Below, in pieces: positions 37,546 to 50,960 of a DNA stretch of 64,000 nucleotides. Numbering within the stretch: the first letter of the stretch is position 1; every line of letters starts with the position of its first letter. Origin of the DNA: Eutreptiella sp. 'Long Island Sound 2002' (taxonomy: Eukaryota > Protista > Euglenida); assembly GCA_964036045.1 (NCBI GenBank), contig OZ038378.1, forward strand, positions 167,772,001-167,836,000, given 5' to 3'. The position numbers were made by a program, and so were the translations under genes. Under the pieces are notes generated by a model, which saw nothing but the letters and a program-made list of their open reading frames with translations, searched no databases and was not told where the DNA came from.

Positions 37546-40500
37546 TCAGGCACGGGGCTTTCCGCTCCCAAACTTGTTCGTGAACTCCTCAAACTTTTGA
37601 ATTTGGTCTGCGGTGACCGAACCCATGCCCTGCACATGCCCCAGGAAATCCTCTTTGGTGACCGGCGGGGGGACCAACCGCCGCAAGTCCGAGGGCGACA
37701 TGTCTGCAAAGTCCATGGGGCTGGCCCCGGGATGGCTTGGGGCACAGGGCTCCAGCAGCGCGCCCTGCCGGTTGGCTGGGTCCTGGGAACGCACTTCACG
37801 GAAATGCGTGGCCGCCTCAATGCTGGCCACGCCCTGCATGAGGGCAGCGCGGCAGAGATTGCGAATGTCTGCACCTGCGGACAAGGCATGGGGTAGGGTG
37901 AGGGTAACACAGAGAAGTATTGAAAGGGGGGGAGGGGGCTTCTGGGACCCAAAAGTTTGTGTACCAAAAATGGCCCGACCAGATTTTCCCTGATGTAAAT
38001 TTCGTTTTCTCTCACGATGGTCACTTTGGTCGGGGGGGGGGGTCCATGGGGGGGGGGGGTAACCTCCCCTCCTTCTATGGTGTACGGCCATTATGATACT
38101 TCCCTGGGGTAACCTCCTGCCCCAGAAGCCCCTTGCACTGTACCCTCCCCCATTTTGTCTACATTGAGAGGGTCTTTTTGCACAACTCCCATGAACTCTT
38201 CTCCACTGTTAGTACTCAAATCCCTTGAACTCTTCTCCAGATACTGTGAGTGAACCTAAGCAGTCTGTTGGCAATTTTCCCTGATATCACTGAAGAAGGC
38301 ATCGATCCTGAAAGCGCACGCGGAGGTCGGCAGGGTCCAAAGCGCCAAGACATAAATTGGGCACCCCTTCTTCCAATGCCAAAACAATGGTCCCGACCCT
38401 TAAAAGGGTACATCAGCCGTGCGAAAACGCCGCACAGAGCACCGCAAGGGCCCATCCTAAAACCAAAAGCTGGCAGTGGATTTGTAGATGATGAGGGCAG
38501 CGAGTGGAAACAGGAGTCGCATGGGAAGTGGGGAAACGGGAAGCCCGTGGAATTGCTGCACACCGGGGCAGGTGCACTGGTGCAAATGGATGATTCCCCA
38601 CAGCGTTTTTTGTGGCATTTCAATTATTTCTGGAGTTCAGTGGTGGAGGGGCCCACTCCTCCATACGTACGGACTTGTCTCTCCCATCGTTGGCATAGCC
38701 ACGTCGCAGGAAGGGGACAACCCGTTTACGTGCATCAACTTCGGTACCTCCAGTGGTCTCCATGGCACTAAATGCCGCTCCGTCGTCTGATTGTGTGACA
38801 ATGTCGATTGCGGCGGGGCTTTGAGTCAGGGCAACGCGGCGGGTGCTCTTGCAACATGAAAATACTGGCGGGCAACGTGCCTTCCATTCAAAATGCAAAA
38901 ATGAAGCATACGCCCCGTCGGACCCCCTCGTGACCAAACCCTTTTGAAAAGATCTCACTTCCCGCACACGCCCTTCTCCCTCGCCCCATGAATAGCGTAG
39001 GTCATGGGGCACAGAAAGGCAGAGGCCCCTGATCACACAGGGCCTTGCACCCAAAAAGGCAGGGCCCTCGAGCAGCACCTGAATATAACTCGGTCCTGGG
39101 CACGAGCTCCTGCCAATCGGCCTCTGTCAAAGTGTGCGGATGGTCTCCCATGTGGATGTCAAACATGCTCCGCCTGCAGCGACACGAATGTGAGTGCAGC
39201 CCAAGGCCACGCGCGAAGTACCACACGAAGGGGCATTCAGTAGCGACCCCAGCAGCTGCAGCAGATCAGAGGGCACAGGGCAAGAGTATGTCGTTTCGCC
39301 GGGGCGCTGGGTGGGCGTTTGCGGTTCGCTGGTGTCAGAGCGACTCTGTAGAGCCACATCTGCTGGGGTTGCAGATGCCTGAGATCCGGTATGCCTACGG
39401 CTGCGGCATATCTGGGAGCGTCGCAAACAACTACAGCTTTCTCAAAGCCCTTGAAACACGCGGACTGTTGTTGCACTGCGTGCACACTGCATCACACTGC
39501 GTCCATATTTGGCAATAGTGACCAGATACCAGATACCAAGCCCTCACCCCCTCTGTACAGCAAGAAAGTGCGGCAACGCAAAACATCCGTACAATTCTGA
39601 TAGTCGTGTACCTGCTGTGATTTCTGCCACAGCCTTGGCATCGTGGGGCATCAGTGACAGAGCTTGGTGCAGCCTGACGCAACGGTCCCCCTTTGAAGAC
39701 ATGGTTGCTGCTGTTTTGCATCAAAAGACACGTGCTGCTCAGTACTGAGTGGGGAGCGGTAACATGCGGGCATGTATGTGGCGGTGGATTGCGCAACATG
39801 AATGTCAACACGTGCGCTGCCCAGAAAGATACGACTCCATCGTGTTTGCATCGCGCACATGAAATCTGCAGCGCTATGGCTGCACCGAAGCAATGTCCTT
39901 GCGCTCGCACGCCGCGTTCTGCCGACGAAGAAGAATTTCTAGCCTTCTGGGACCAACCACACGGCATACCCTCTTGTAGACCAACCATACATGCTACCCT
40001 CCCGGGTTCCCCCTTTCACAGACAACCCACCCGCCCGTATGGACAAGCTGTTTTACAGCTTCCTTTTGGGTGGCCTACAGCCGTCAGTTTATGGCGGTTG
40101 ACAGCTCCCGGTTTACGTTGCGTGTGCTTCACGTTGTGCAAGGCAGTGTGTCCTCCCAACCCCCCCCCTGCCCGAACCCTAGTACTCTTTTTCCAGCACC
40201 TCTACCAGTTCCTTGGGCCAATAACCTCCACCCCCGCCGCACCCTCATACCGGGCTGTAGCGTCAGGCAAAGGGATGTAGATCCGCCTTTCGAAGCGCCG
40301 GCGGATGGCGGGATCCAGAGCCCACGGCAAGTTGGTGGCACCAAGCACGAGCACGCGCTCCCCTTTGTCTTGGCCTACGCCGTCCATCTGGGCCAAGAAT
40401 TCCGTGAGCACGCGGTGTGTGGCATCCGAGCCCCTGAAAGCCAAAAAGCGGGTCCTCAGGAGCCAAAAAAACAAAAACAAAAACTGCCCCGGCGATTAAA

Positions 40501-41970
40501 TTGGGTACAGATTCAGGTTACACCTTGGTGCACTCAGTTGTACTTGATGTCATTATCAAAAACAATAGTATTTGTGATAATGATAATATCATCAAAGACC
40601 TCCTGTTGCAATACTACTTCCCCAGAACAAGAAGAAGCAACGACAACAACAACAACAACAACAAGCAATAACAACAAGTGCTAGCAAAAATCATCTCTCT
40701 GACATTCCCCCCATCCCCTTTCCCCCCATTTCCCCTCGTTTTCCCCCATCTTTCCATGCTACTGGTGGCAAACATGGACGCCTGAAACTTTTGATATGGC
40801 ATTTGGAAGGAGAAAGTTGGGCTGCGGGCCAGCAATTGGGTTGGGGTAGTAGATGTAAGGACGGTGGCCGAAGGAAATGAGCTTTGTGGTAAAACAAATG
40901 GACCCTCCACTTTCGGTTACAGCCAAAAAAAGGCTGTGCACAGCAGCTTCCACCCCACACGTTATGTTGCGGAACACAATCCATGGACGAAGATCTGCTG
41001 GGTTGCAGCCTCTAAGAACTCACGGCTCATGCCAGCTAACACTTTCATGACATCTGCACTGGCATTCCTCACGGTGAACCCTCCAAAGGCCATTGTCGGG
41101 TGACGAGTGAATTGCAAGCCTGCCATCTTGGTGTGGCTGTGGACGAAGGTGTGGATGGGGCTGAGGTTGCTGCAAGGGAGGGGCGGTAGAGGATTGACTT
41201 CCAAAATTGTGATGAATGAGTGGCAGAGGTGGCGGGGTTGATGTGTTTGCACCAGGTGAGGGAGGGGGCATTGCAGGGGAGCTTCTCCATCTACAGCTTG
41301 ACCCCAAGGTGTTTGCAACGCAGCTACAGCAATAGGCATTTGATTTGCATGTGCACTTCTGTGCTAAGCTCAGACACATAGCAGAGCGACCTTGGCCTTG
41401 ACCCATCTTCCATCCTGTGCATTGCCCACAACCCAATGGTAACCGACATTTTGGATGGATTTCACATGCATGTCACAAAGCACCAAAAATGCAAAGGACC
41501 TAAGCAACTTGCACTAGTCGTCAAATCTCTCGCATTTTCCGCGCATTTCCCCCCTTTATCCCCCACGCCGTTTTCTTGGTCACATTGCGGCATTTCCCAC
41601 ACTTTCCTTTCTTTGTTCCTTCAGAAAAAAAACTTTGTGTTCACAATTGCTAGACAGCAGTTGATTGCCCTCGGTTGCCACCGTTTTGGTGCACACGGAC
41701 GACTACAAAAGGGATCGCTACCTGGTTTCACAAACTGAGGGAGCTACAAAGGAGCAGCATTCCAAGCCATGACCACGCCAGAGCCATGTAAGAGGCCGAA
41801 AACAGCTCCTTTCAGCCAGCTTTGTCCTATAAATTCAGGACAAAAGCCGCTATGCCAAATTGGTGCTTCAAAATGAGGCCGCGGTATCCACTGGGTCGGC
41901 TTGGGCCATCAGCGCCCCCTTGGGTTCACCACTCCCGCGCTGCCTGCTATCACACGCCTCGCCTTGGTTT

Positions 41971-42055
<85 letters not shown>

Positions 42056-45000
42056 GCGTGTGTCTGGTCCTGGTCTGCGCTGCAGTTTGCGCTGCAGGAT
42101 CTGAAGATTGCTCTGGCAAATACTCCAAGTGTACACCCACTGTTTGTATTGTACTGTATTGTATGATAAACGAGAGAGAGAGAGTGTGTGTGTGTGCCCA
42201 AGCCAAGACAAAGCGACACACCAAACCAAGGCCCAAGCCAAGACAAAGCGAAGCCGCGGACATAAACTGCGCATCGTTAATCATAACGTCACACACTGCC
42301 TTCTCATGGCGGGATATTTGGGCGCACCACCAATGTAGAACTCAACCAAACGATGAACACCCCGGAGTCAGGGGTGGGGTTGCCGTAAAGACTCAGTAAA
42401 TATGCCCGGCAGGTCCACAACGTACATGCCTCAAATTGATCGCCATGTCGTTTATCATTTTGAGAATTGCATGCTGCGGGTACCGAAAAATGGCAATTCT
42501 TCGACATTCCTGTGGTAGGCCACCGTCGACAGCATTATCCTTCCGGCACCTGTGCGGGTCGCGCACGCCAACCGAGCCCCCCGCCCCCCCCCCCCCCAAG
42601 GCTTGCACCAACTACAGCTCAACAGGCGACAGCTGACCGGTACAGTGGAGCAGGGAATAGGGACACCACCCTAACCCCAGCCATTGACCTCTCGGACAGC
42701 AAACTTGGAGGACTCTGGAACACGGAACCGGAAGCAATGAAGACCGCGGTGGCAGGCGCAGTTGGAGCTAACCGCAGTGAAGCGAACCTGACCCTTTGCC
42801 CCCCTCCCCCAAAACGTGCCATCAGGAGCAGCGATCCCTTACCCCATAGAGTGCCAGGAAGCCCCAGGCCCCAGGCCCCAGGCCAGTGGTGTTCTACGAC
42901 ACATCCCGGGAAATCCCATCGAGTCAACGGGTCCTGCCGCAGCCCTGGGCGTGTGCCATACCCTGAGTCGTCCCGGGCCGAGCACAGCGAGTCCACCTCG
43001 TCCACGAACACGATCGCGGGGGCGCACTCACGGGCCATCTCGAACAGATTGCGCACGAGGCGCTCGGACTCCCCGAGCCACTTCGACATCAGGTTGGAGG
43101 AGGAGATGGAGAAGAACGTGCAGTCGCACTGCGACGCGGCGGCCTTCGCAAGGAAGGTCTTGCCGGTGCCGGGGGGGCCGTACAGCAGGAGCCCCTTCCA
43201 TGGCTCGCGCTTGCCGGTGAAGATGTGGGGGACCATCATTGGCAGCACAACCGCCTGAGGGAGGAGCGCGCGGGCTTTCAACTTGGAGGGGGGGGGGAGT
43301 TCGATACAGCCCTCTGGCTAGCCCCCCCCCTCCCCCCAAAAGGCTCAATTGACGGGCTCCCCAAGATCCTAACGACTAACCCCGGGCCCTGTAGGTGACC
43401 CGGACCCAAATTTCGGCAAAAAAACGAAAATTTTAGCGTCACACGTAGTCTAGGATCATTTTTGAGAAAAGTCATCTTTTTGCCCCTACTGGACCCTGTT
43501 GACCCATTTGGGCACCCACCTGTTTGGGCTTGAGCTTGCAGCTTGCCGCAGCCTAGTGGGCCGAGGTATTGGGGTCTAGGCGTCCGTTTGGGCAATTCTG
43601 AGGGGTGGAAACCACAAAAAGTGGGGGGTTGCGGGTGGAGTAGGTGCCCTCGGAATCGCATTTTGAGCCATGTAGCCAAAGATATGGCCTATTCTTGGTT
43701 TGTGGCTATCGGCATTTGGAGCTTCTGGGGCCTTTTTGGGCCGTTTCCGGGACATATCATGGAGTTAGAGGGCCGCAAAGAGCTCGTTGACACGGGAAAG
43801 TCAAGCCGCACGTGGAGTGTACCCACCGTTTCCCTTCGTTTGGCCGTTTTGAATGTGTTCCGGGGCTTTTTTGGCCCAAAAAGGGCTGCTTTTGGCCCTG
43901 AACTGCAGTTTTTGAAACTGAGGTCCGCCATTTGCGAATCCCGTTCCCGGCCGCCACCGTTGAGTTTCTTGCTCAAACTTTGTGTGATTGTACTTCACAC
44001 CCGTAGGTATCATGCACCAAAATTTCAACCAAATCCAAAGCACCACGACAGAGTTCTGATTTTTACCCATTTCGTGCGTGCTGCTTGCTTGCTTGCTGCT
44101 GCTGCTGCTGCTGCTAAACCTGGTAGGTCCACCCTAGACACTAAAGAGGGTTATAAAACCAAGACTGGTTCCACCAGCTCGGTGACCCAACCTAACCTAA
44201 CCTGCACCCAACACAGTGGCACATGGCATCGGCCGGGCTCGCTCGCCTAAAAGTGTCGTACACCGCAGCAGCCAACTGACGGCAGTTGGCGGCCTGCGGG
44301 TCCACGGGGCCGTTCTTTACGACCATCCGAAAATAAAGAGAAAAACTGGTTCCGTGAGGGCGGCAGTGTCATCCACAAACGCGTGCGGCCCAGTCAAGAC
44401 TGAGCAGACGTACCGACATCGATGCAGCGGGACACAGGCGCGCAGAACACGGTATCTCTGCACTGCCCTCACACCTGTGCCTTGAAATCGGTCCGATCGG
44501 GCCAATGGGGGGGGGGGTCTAGATTCGGGGGGAAAGTCTGATGGACCTACTTCCTAACGAAACTCCGTTCCCCTGCCGAATACAAGCAGCACGTCTGCGC
44601 CGGACCATGCTTCATTGGAGGGCAGGGCATGGGCGTGCGGAGGTCTGTGCGAAATACTGTGCTTCCTGCTCCTTCGTTTGACGCTGGGGTGGGATGAAGC
44701 CCCCCCCCCCCAAAAAAAAACACTGCTGGGCTCTGGTGCGCCCGCAGCTCAGAAAAATGTCACCCCTTCAGCTTGCGATTGCTGTCAGCCTCATGCCAAC
44801 TGCCCGTTCGGACAATACCAACCGCCAAAAACGGGCGGTCCATCCCGAGGACGCACGCATGGCACGCCACGCGCAAGTCTCTGGTCGGGGCTGTCTTCCG
44901 CAAGCGGAGAAAGCAGAGAAAACACAATCACCCCACAATCTCAACTCTCACCCGAGCCCCCAGACCGGCTCTGCTCAGAAGTGCGGGGCGGTGGTTCCAC

Positions 45001-47874
45001 ATGCGCCGGTCTCTCCCGCCTCATCCGCGGAGTTTGTGCCGATCAAGACGGCCCTGCACAGCAGCACGGCGGGGTCAGCCAGACCTGCCGCAGCGCCCGC
45101 TTGGCCTCCTCAAGCCCCGCAATGTCGCTCCACTGCACATTCGGCTTCTCTGAGACAATGGACTCCTGCAGCCCGTCCCTCAGCTTCTGCCGGTCTTCGT
45201 CCACCGCCTTGCGCTTCTTGACAGTGCCCTGCCCTGCAGACATGGCCGGGCATGGGGGGCACCGGCGCACACGTTCACCAGCCGTGCACACAGGCGCCCT
45301 CAGCCTTCTGTTCGTTGGGCGCCGGGTCCCTCCGCGCACGGCGCGCTGTGCGAAAAGGGGGAAGGGGCGCACGGCCGGGCAGTGCCATCTGCAGGAAATC
45401 AGACTCCCACCAACGCCTGCACCGGCACCATCCAACCGCCCGCGGCTCCGACCGCCCTCGGGTACGCCCCGCCCGCAGTCATTGAGGCTTCGAGCGCCGT
45501 CAGTGACGGTACCAACGACGATATGCCGCCAGCTGTCCACACGTGCGGCATGGGGCCCTGCGCTGGTATTGCCTCACGGTGCGCGCGCACCGCGCGGCGT
45601 TCTACAGAGAAATGTCTGGCCCCTGAAAATCTGCCCCCACCCCACCCCCCACCCCAAACAGGTCCAAGGAGGCCCCCCACAACCTTTGGGATGGCTGCTG
45701 TGAATTGCTCATCCATACCCAGGAAGCCATGCCCTTACAGAGCATTGATGGCGGTGTGCCGTACCTCGGGTTCGATTCCAGGACCTCGGCTAGAAGGAGT
45801 CAGGCGCTCGCTCTACTCAACCGGCTGGAGTCTCCAGATGGTCAAAAGGCAACCGGCGGAAACGAGGATCGACGCAAGCTCGTACACGTTGCAATGCAGC
45901 AAATCACCAACCGTTGCCCCCCCCCCCCCCTCGCCAGCGGCCATGTGGACCCTGTCTCCACAGCGCCCCTACAGAGGCAGTCCCCTGAGGAAGACACTCC
46001 GGTGGGTGTGCATTGGTTTTCAAACTGGTTGCTGGGTTGCAGTGTTGCCCCATCATCGGGCCGAGGGGTTCCCTGCAGCCCGAGAGGGGAGTTACGGGGG
46101 GAGAAAGGGGGGGTCTCTCTGTTGGTCTCCCTTGGCGCGTGAACGGGTACCCATTTCTCTCGGGGACGGCGGGTTTTGTGCCAACTCGGCGGGTTTTCGG
46201 GGGTCGGTGCCATTGTTGCTTCATGGTGCCCGCTGAGTGTCCCAGAGGTAGGGTCTGTGGGCTACATTCGGAAAACTCTTGAAAAAGGCTATTTGGAGAT
46301 GCATGGTTCGGGGGGGGGGGGGGGGGCGGTCCGGACCGTATTTTTTTTCGAAAATCTATTCCCGTGGACGGTTTGGGTTTCTTTTGCCGTTCGACAGCCT
46401 GCACTGCACCCCTAACCCCATTACCTGGTGCCCCTCTTTTGGGGGGGGGGGGGGGGGCACCCCCGCCTATTTAGGGGGTGGGAAAATCAAAAAAATATGT
46501 TTCGGACAAGGTTGGGACAGTGGGAGAGCTGTATGAGGGCAAAATTGTGAAAAAATGGGGTACGACATCACCGTTGATGCGATCCGACCCAGAGTGCTAA
46601 AAATAGCCACTTTACCCCTAAAAGGAGCTCATCCCTACCCTTTTGCCCCCCCATACCATGGAAGTTGGAAACATTCCCCTTTCTTTTGCTCGTTTTTCAT
46701 CATTTACAGTCACTTTTAGGGGTAAAGAATGGCTCAGGTCACCAATTTTGTCCCTAAGTTGCCTATTTTTCGCAATCTGCGTAGGATGATGTGGCACCCT
46801 ATTTTTGGCCCTTTCAACCCCTTACTAGGCCCGAAACCCACCCCTGCCCATCTAAATACCTTACAAAATTTTTTTTTGAGTTCTCCACCCTATAGGGAGT
46901 GGTCCTTAATTCCACACATTGAAGGGAAACTTGCAAGGTTTGGCAAAAAGTGCCAAAACCCACCGAGTCGGCACATTTTGAATGTCCCCGAGAGATATGC
47001 CATAGCAATACCAGGGGTTGCAGAGATCCCCGACACGCACGGCGCACGCAATGGTGTATGCATCACCCTCTGCAGGTTCCAGAACAAAAGCACCACGAAT
47101 GACGCCCATTCCCTCCCGGAACCTGCCATCAAGTGCCGCACACCTGCCCCCCCTGCTCCGCCTCCACCTCCACCTGCTCCGCCCCCGCCGCCGCCGTCAG
47201 AGGCGTCTTTTTTGGCATTCTGAGTCTCAAGGTAGTCCTTGATGCGCTCGGCGCGGTCCAGAAGCTCTTTGGTCTTGATCTGCAGCATCATCTTGCGGTT
47301 GGGGTCCCGTTCGTGTTTGATGGCCAAGAGGAATGTCTGGACAGCCTGCGTCAGTAACGGAGGGGGATCGGCAGTGCTGGTGTGGCAAGCAAAGGCGATG
47401 GGAACACTCGGCCCTGAGCACAGTTGGCGACTTGTTGTATGTGCAGACGTAGGCATGGCAGATGAACGCATAGTCAGTGTAGACTGCCTCCGGAAGGCTG
47501 ACCCTGTGGAGCGGGGCCGTCCGCCAGGAGCTTTTGAAACCGGTTCACTCGGAGGCACATAAATAAAGTCCGTCGCTTTGGGGAAGTGGGGGGAGTGGTC
47601 ACGGAAGGCTGGTTGGCTGCCGGTAGCCCTGTGAATGCGTTGCGCCGACCCCCACCCCCAAGCCCAACCCATTCAGAGCTGGGGCTTGTTGTGGCCCCCT
47701 CCCCTAATTAGCAAAGTTGGAGCCACTGTCCCTCTGGTCCTACACGGGCCCCATGCTCCGAACGCAGACCTGTGTGTAGCTTGCCAGTGCCTTCTCGTAC
47801 TCATTCCCCTGGTCGTAAGTGGCGCCCTCCTGCGCGCGCTGGATGGCCAGCGACACAAAGTCCACGTACGACAT
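37546..47874 (-). CDS. VPS4: Vacuolar protein sorting-associated protein 4 (MIT domain + AAA+ ATPase), 7 exons, 451 aa
   Basis: Exons 47874-47770, 47345-47144, 45233-45085, 43254-42962, 40433-40251, 39173-39079 and 37874-37546 are all GT-AG and in frame. Motifs: MIT domain, [17 protein letters not shown], Walker A GPPGTGKT, pore loop SKWLGESE, Walker [27 protein letters not shown], beta-domain, and C-terminal FEEFTNKFG. Confidence 0.95.
41972..42062. repeat. (GT)n dinucleotide microsatellite in VPS4 intron 4
   Basis: About 40 GT units. Confidence 0.95.
46170..47000. repeat. Dispersed repeat family copy (related to ~14780-14830 and ~15390-15540)
   Basis: Shared motifs cttgaaaaRggctatt and aaagtgccaaaacccaccg...gaatgtccc. 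Confidence 0.65.
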
Positions 47875-49225
47875 CGGGTCACAAAGAGCACCTTGAGACG
47901 TGCAACAACAAACGCCACCAGCCGACAAGACCACGCGAACCCCATTGCCAGCGCTGTGCTCGAGGGAGGCGCCCCCATGCCATGACCGTGCCTGGTGTTG
48001 GTGTTTTTGTCTTGCTCTTCCGAGGAGCACTGTGGCACTGAGGGCCATGAATCTTCCCTCCACAAATCAAAGCAAGAACGAGAACATTCCATAGATTGTC
48101 TCGCAAAGCCTTTCTCCCACACTGCGCCTTAGACGGAGGAGTATCCAGCCTATACACGGCAGCTCTGGTCCAGGGCAACCCTCAGCAAGCCCCTGTAGCC
48201 TTCCACACTCGTCCAATCAGGAATGTAACCCTGAACAACCCCAAAACCCTCCACACAAAGGTGTCATGCCACCCTCATTAACTTTGAAAAAGCATAACCT
48301 GTGGCCAGTCAGAGTATCAAATGCCGAGGGCTGCTGAGAGGTGTTGAGTATTGGAGGTGGGGCGGGGGTGTTACCAGGCGGATTGCAAAAGCAATTTGTT
48401 GAGGGTTGCAGGGGGTTGTTCGGATCTTCTGAGGGTTGCATCACTTGGTGTACGATTGTTGTCCTGGCTATCTATCCTGTGGTGTACAATCACCACAAAG
48501 CGGAATCTTGGCTAAGCATCCAACCGGGGCCACAAAGCCTCCCTTGCGCACGCACAGGCAAAATTAGGAAAATGACAGTCAAACAGGCATGCCCCAGCCC
48601 TTCTTTCCTTCTACAATCGGCAAACAACCACGTCATGTTACACGTCTAAGCACAAAAACTGCAGCCAGAAAAAAGGGGAAACGATGGTCAGACGGAGTCG
48701 CTGTGCTTAGACATGGCCATGCATCTGCAAGGGGAGGGGAAGGGAGGGGAGGGGAGGGGAGAGGGTTCCGACGCGGGAGGCGTGTTTCCACCGGCAAATC
48801 AGGGCATTGTCACACAGTTTCAGCTTGACTGCCCTTCGGACCCATGTCCACTTGTGCGCCTTTTGGCTTTTCATACCTCGCAGACGTCATTCACCCTTGA
48901 AACCAAGCAAGGCCTTCACCCCGTGTCCACTATTTTCTCGTTGCTTCCCAGGGCCCTGAACACATCTGTTGGCTCAAGTCGATCCTGTCGTTTGCGCCAC
49001 GCTTGCACTTTCTGAGGTGTTTGGCAGCAACCACAACAGTTCGCCTACGGTGCTGTCTGCTGCTGTGAACTTTCGGCCGCTGTTGGGCCCGAATGCAATC
49101 CAGGCTTTGCAAATCGATGGCCTGGCCCCCGCTCCGGGTGGCAGATGTGTGTGCACGACCATGAACAGAAGTAACACGAAGAGAACACGCAAAGCAAAAG
49201 TCACAGAGAAAAGATCTTGAGTGAC

Positions 49226-50270
49226 ATGTCATGGGTGCCTTTCACTGTAGCAGACCCCCCCCCCAAACACCGCTCCGCAACGCTCGAGCCATTTCGTCGC
49301 AATGTCCCCGATAGACACCGCTTGACAACTTGCGATTCCCAAATTTACATATATTCCCGTACATTCTCGCACAACTTGCGACCTGTTCCTCGCGCCCTCG
49401 AGACTCAAGTCAAGGACTCGGATCACATCCTGCGTTCTATGACGGTGTCCATCACAACGAAGCACATCCATGGATTCACAGCCATTGCTGCAGTTGCGGG
49501 GATGCCTACTGGAGACCTTCAAAAGGGTGATCCCAATGACGGTCCCCTGGGCTGTAGCTTAGTGCACACAAAATTTGACGCATCAGTCCAGTTCAACTCT
49601 TGGGGGCAAATGGCCTCTGAAATGACAATCAGATGATAAGGCACACGTACACTTTACCAAACCATGCCATGCCATGCCATGCCATGCCAGCCATGCCTTG
49701 GCTTGGCTTGGCTTGGCAAGGCGACGTGAGCGAGCACGCGCGTGGGGCAGTGAAGCACTCAGAGACACCATGAAAAAACGGTATTCGATTTTTGTGGAAG
49801 TGCATCGAGATTCATCGCACTCCACTGCTGATGTCACACATGCTGGTACCTGTCACCAATAGGCAGCAATAACCAGCATCAGCCACTATCGGCCAACACT
49901 AGTAGCCACCAGTCATCCGCAAGGCAAAGCGCTGGTTTGAACCCCAAAAGCCCAGTCCGAGGCATTCATGCCTTCGGACAAGCCTGTGCAGACCACTAGG
50001 GGCCAGTTCCCAGACTGCCCCCGTTGTAGATTGCAAATAGCGCTTCGCAAGACAAGCAGAGACAGGCATTCCTGATTTGGGGTATGGGTGGGAATAGCCA
50101 GACCGGAGCACACACATGCGCACGCGCAAAGCAAACAAACAAGCGGTTGTCTGAGTGTGTTTGCCTCGTCAGGCCGCAAACAACCAAAAATATTGCGCCC
50201 CTGGTTGCACTTCTCTGCATGACATGTCATGACAGTGGGAGCATGGGATACACACTCGATTGCGAAAGCA
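49226..50270 (+). CDS. Tentative 5' exons of an Ariadne-type RBR E3 ligase (UBA-like region and first half of RING1)
   Basis: ETQVKDSDHILRSM...TAIAAVAGMP...LVHTKFD (~49395-49580) resembles the ARIH1 pre-RING region. LLCMTCHDSGSMGYTLDC (50173-~50265) resembles the RING1 start. Splice chain not resolved. Confidence 0.4.
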
Positions 50271-50960
50271 CGACAGGCACAATGGACAGTGTCTGATTGG
50301 GGCACCCATGTTGGGAACCGCAAAAACAAGAGCAAAGGCACAAGAAAAGCGGTTGCTAGTTGAAGAGATCAGCGAGAGGAGATGAAGGCATTCGATGAAC
50401 AACATTCAACGGAAGCATGGAAGTCAATGTAAATAATGTGACTACAAGTGTGTATGTAGAAAGGAACACATATACCAACTACAGGCCAAAATTCTGCCAT
50501 TGAATCTAAAAACGAGAAGATATAATTTTGCAAGAGTAATATTTTGGAGGTATATGTCATTTTGCACAATTGGCAGGCTAATGAGGGCCTCTATACTACA
50601 GGGAGTTCTAGACAATGACACGCAGACTGGAAGATCTCGTCAATGGCACGGCAAGCGGAGCATGAACAATAGTGGCTTGCGCCCATAAACTGTGAGCAAG
50701 TGATAGCGTTTTTCAATCAACCAGAATGTATCACGTGTCATACAAAAAGCTAAATGGCTAGATCACTCCTATGGCTTATGCATTACATCCCACTGCATGG
50801 CCCCCACATAAGTGGTGGCCCTGTGGTTCGTCCCGCATTGCATGAGCACCCCAGAGACATGGGGTTGTGGATCACACTTGGCATGCACCGAGTTTCCCGG
50901 GTGTACACGTGGGGGGGGGGGGGGGGGGGACAACAAGGCGAAGAGGAGGTGACGGATGGC

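Noticed and set aside
41822-42399. ORFs with CVCVCV/THTHTH runs
   Set aside because: They are translations of a (GT)n microsatellite in a VPS4 intron.
45765-45785. Second GGTTCGATTCC B-box as a tRNA
   Set aside because: There is no upstream A-box and no acceptor, D or anticodon stems.
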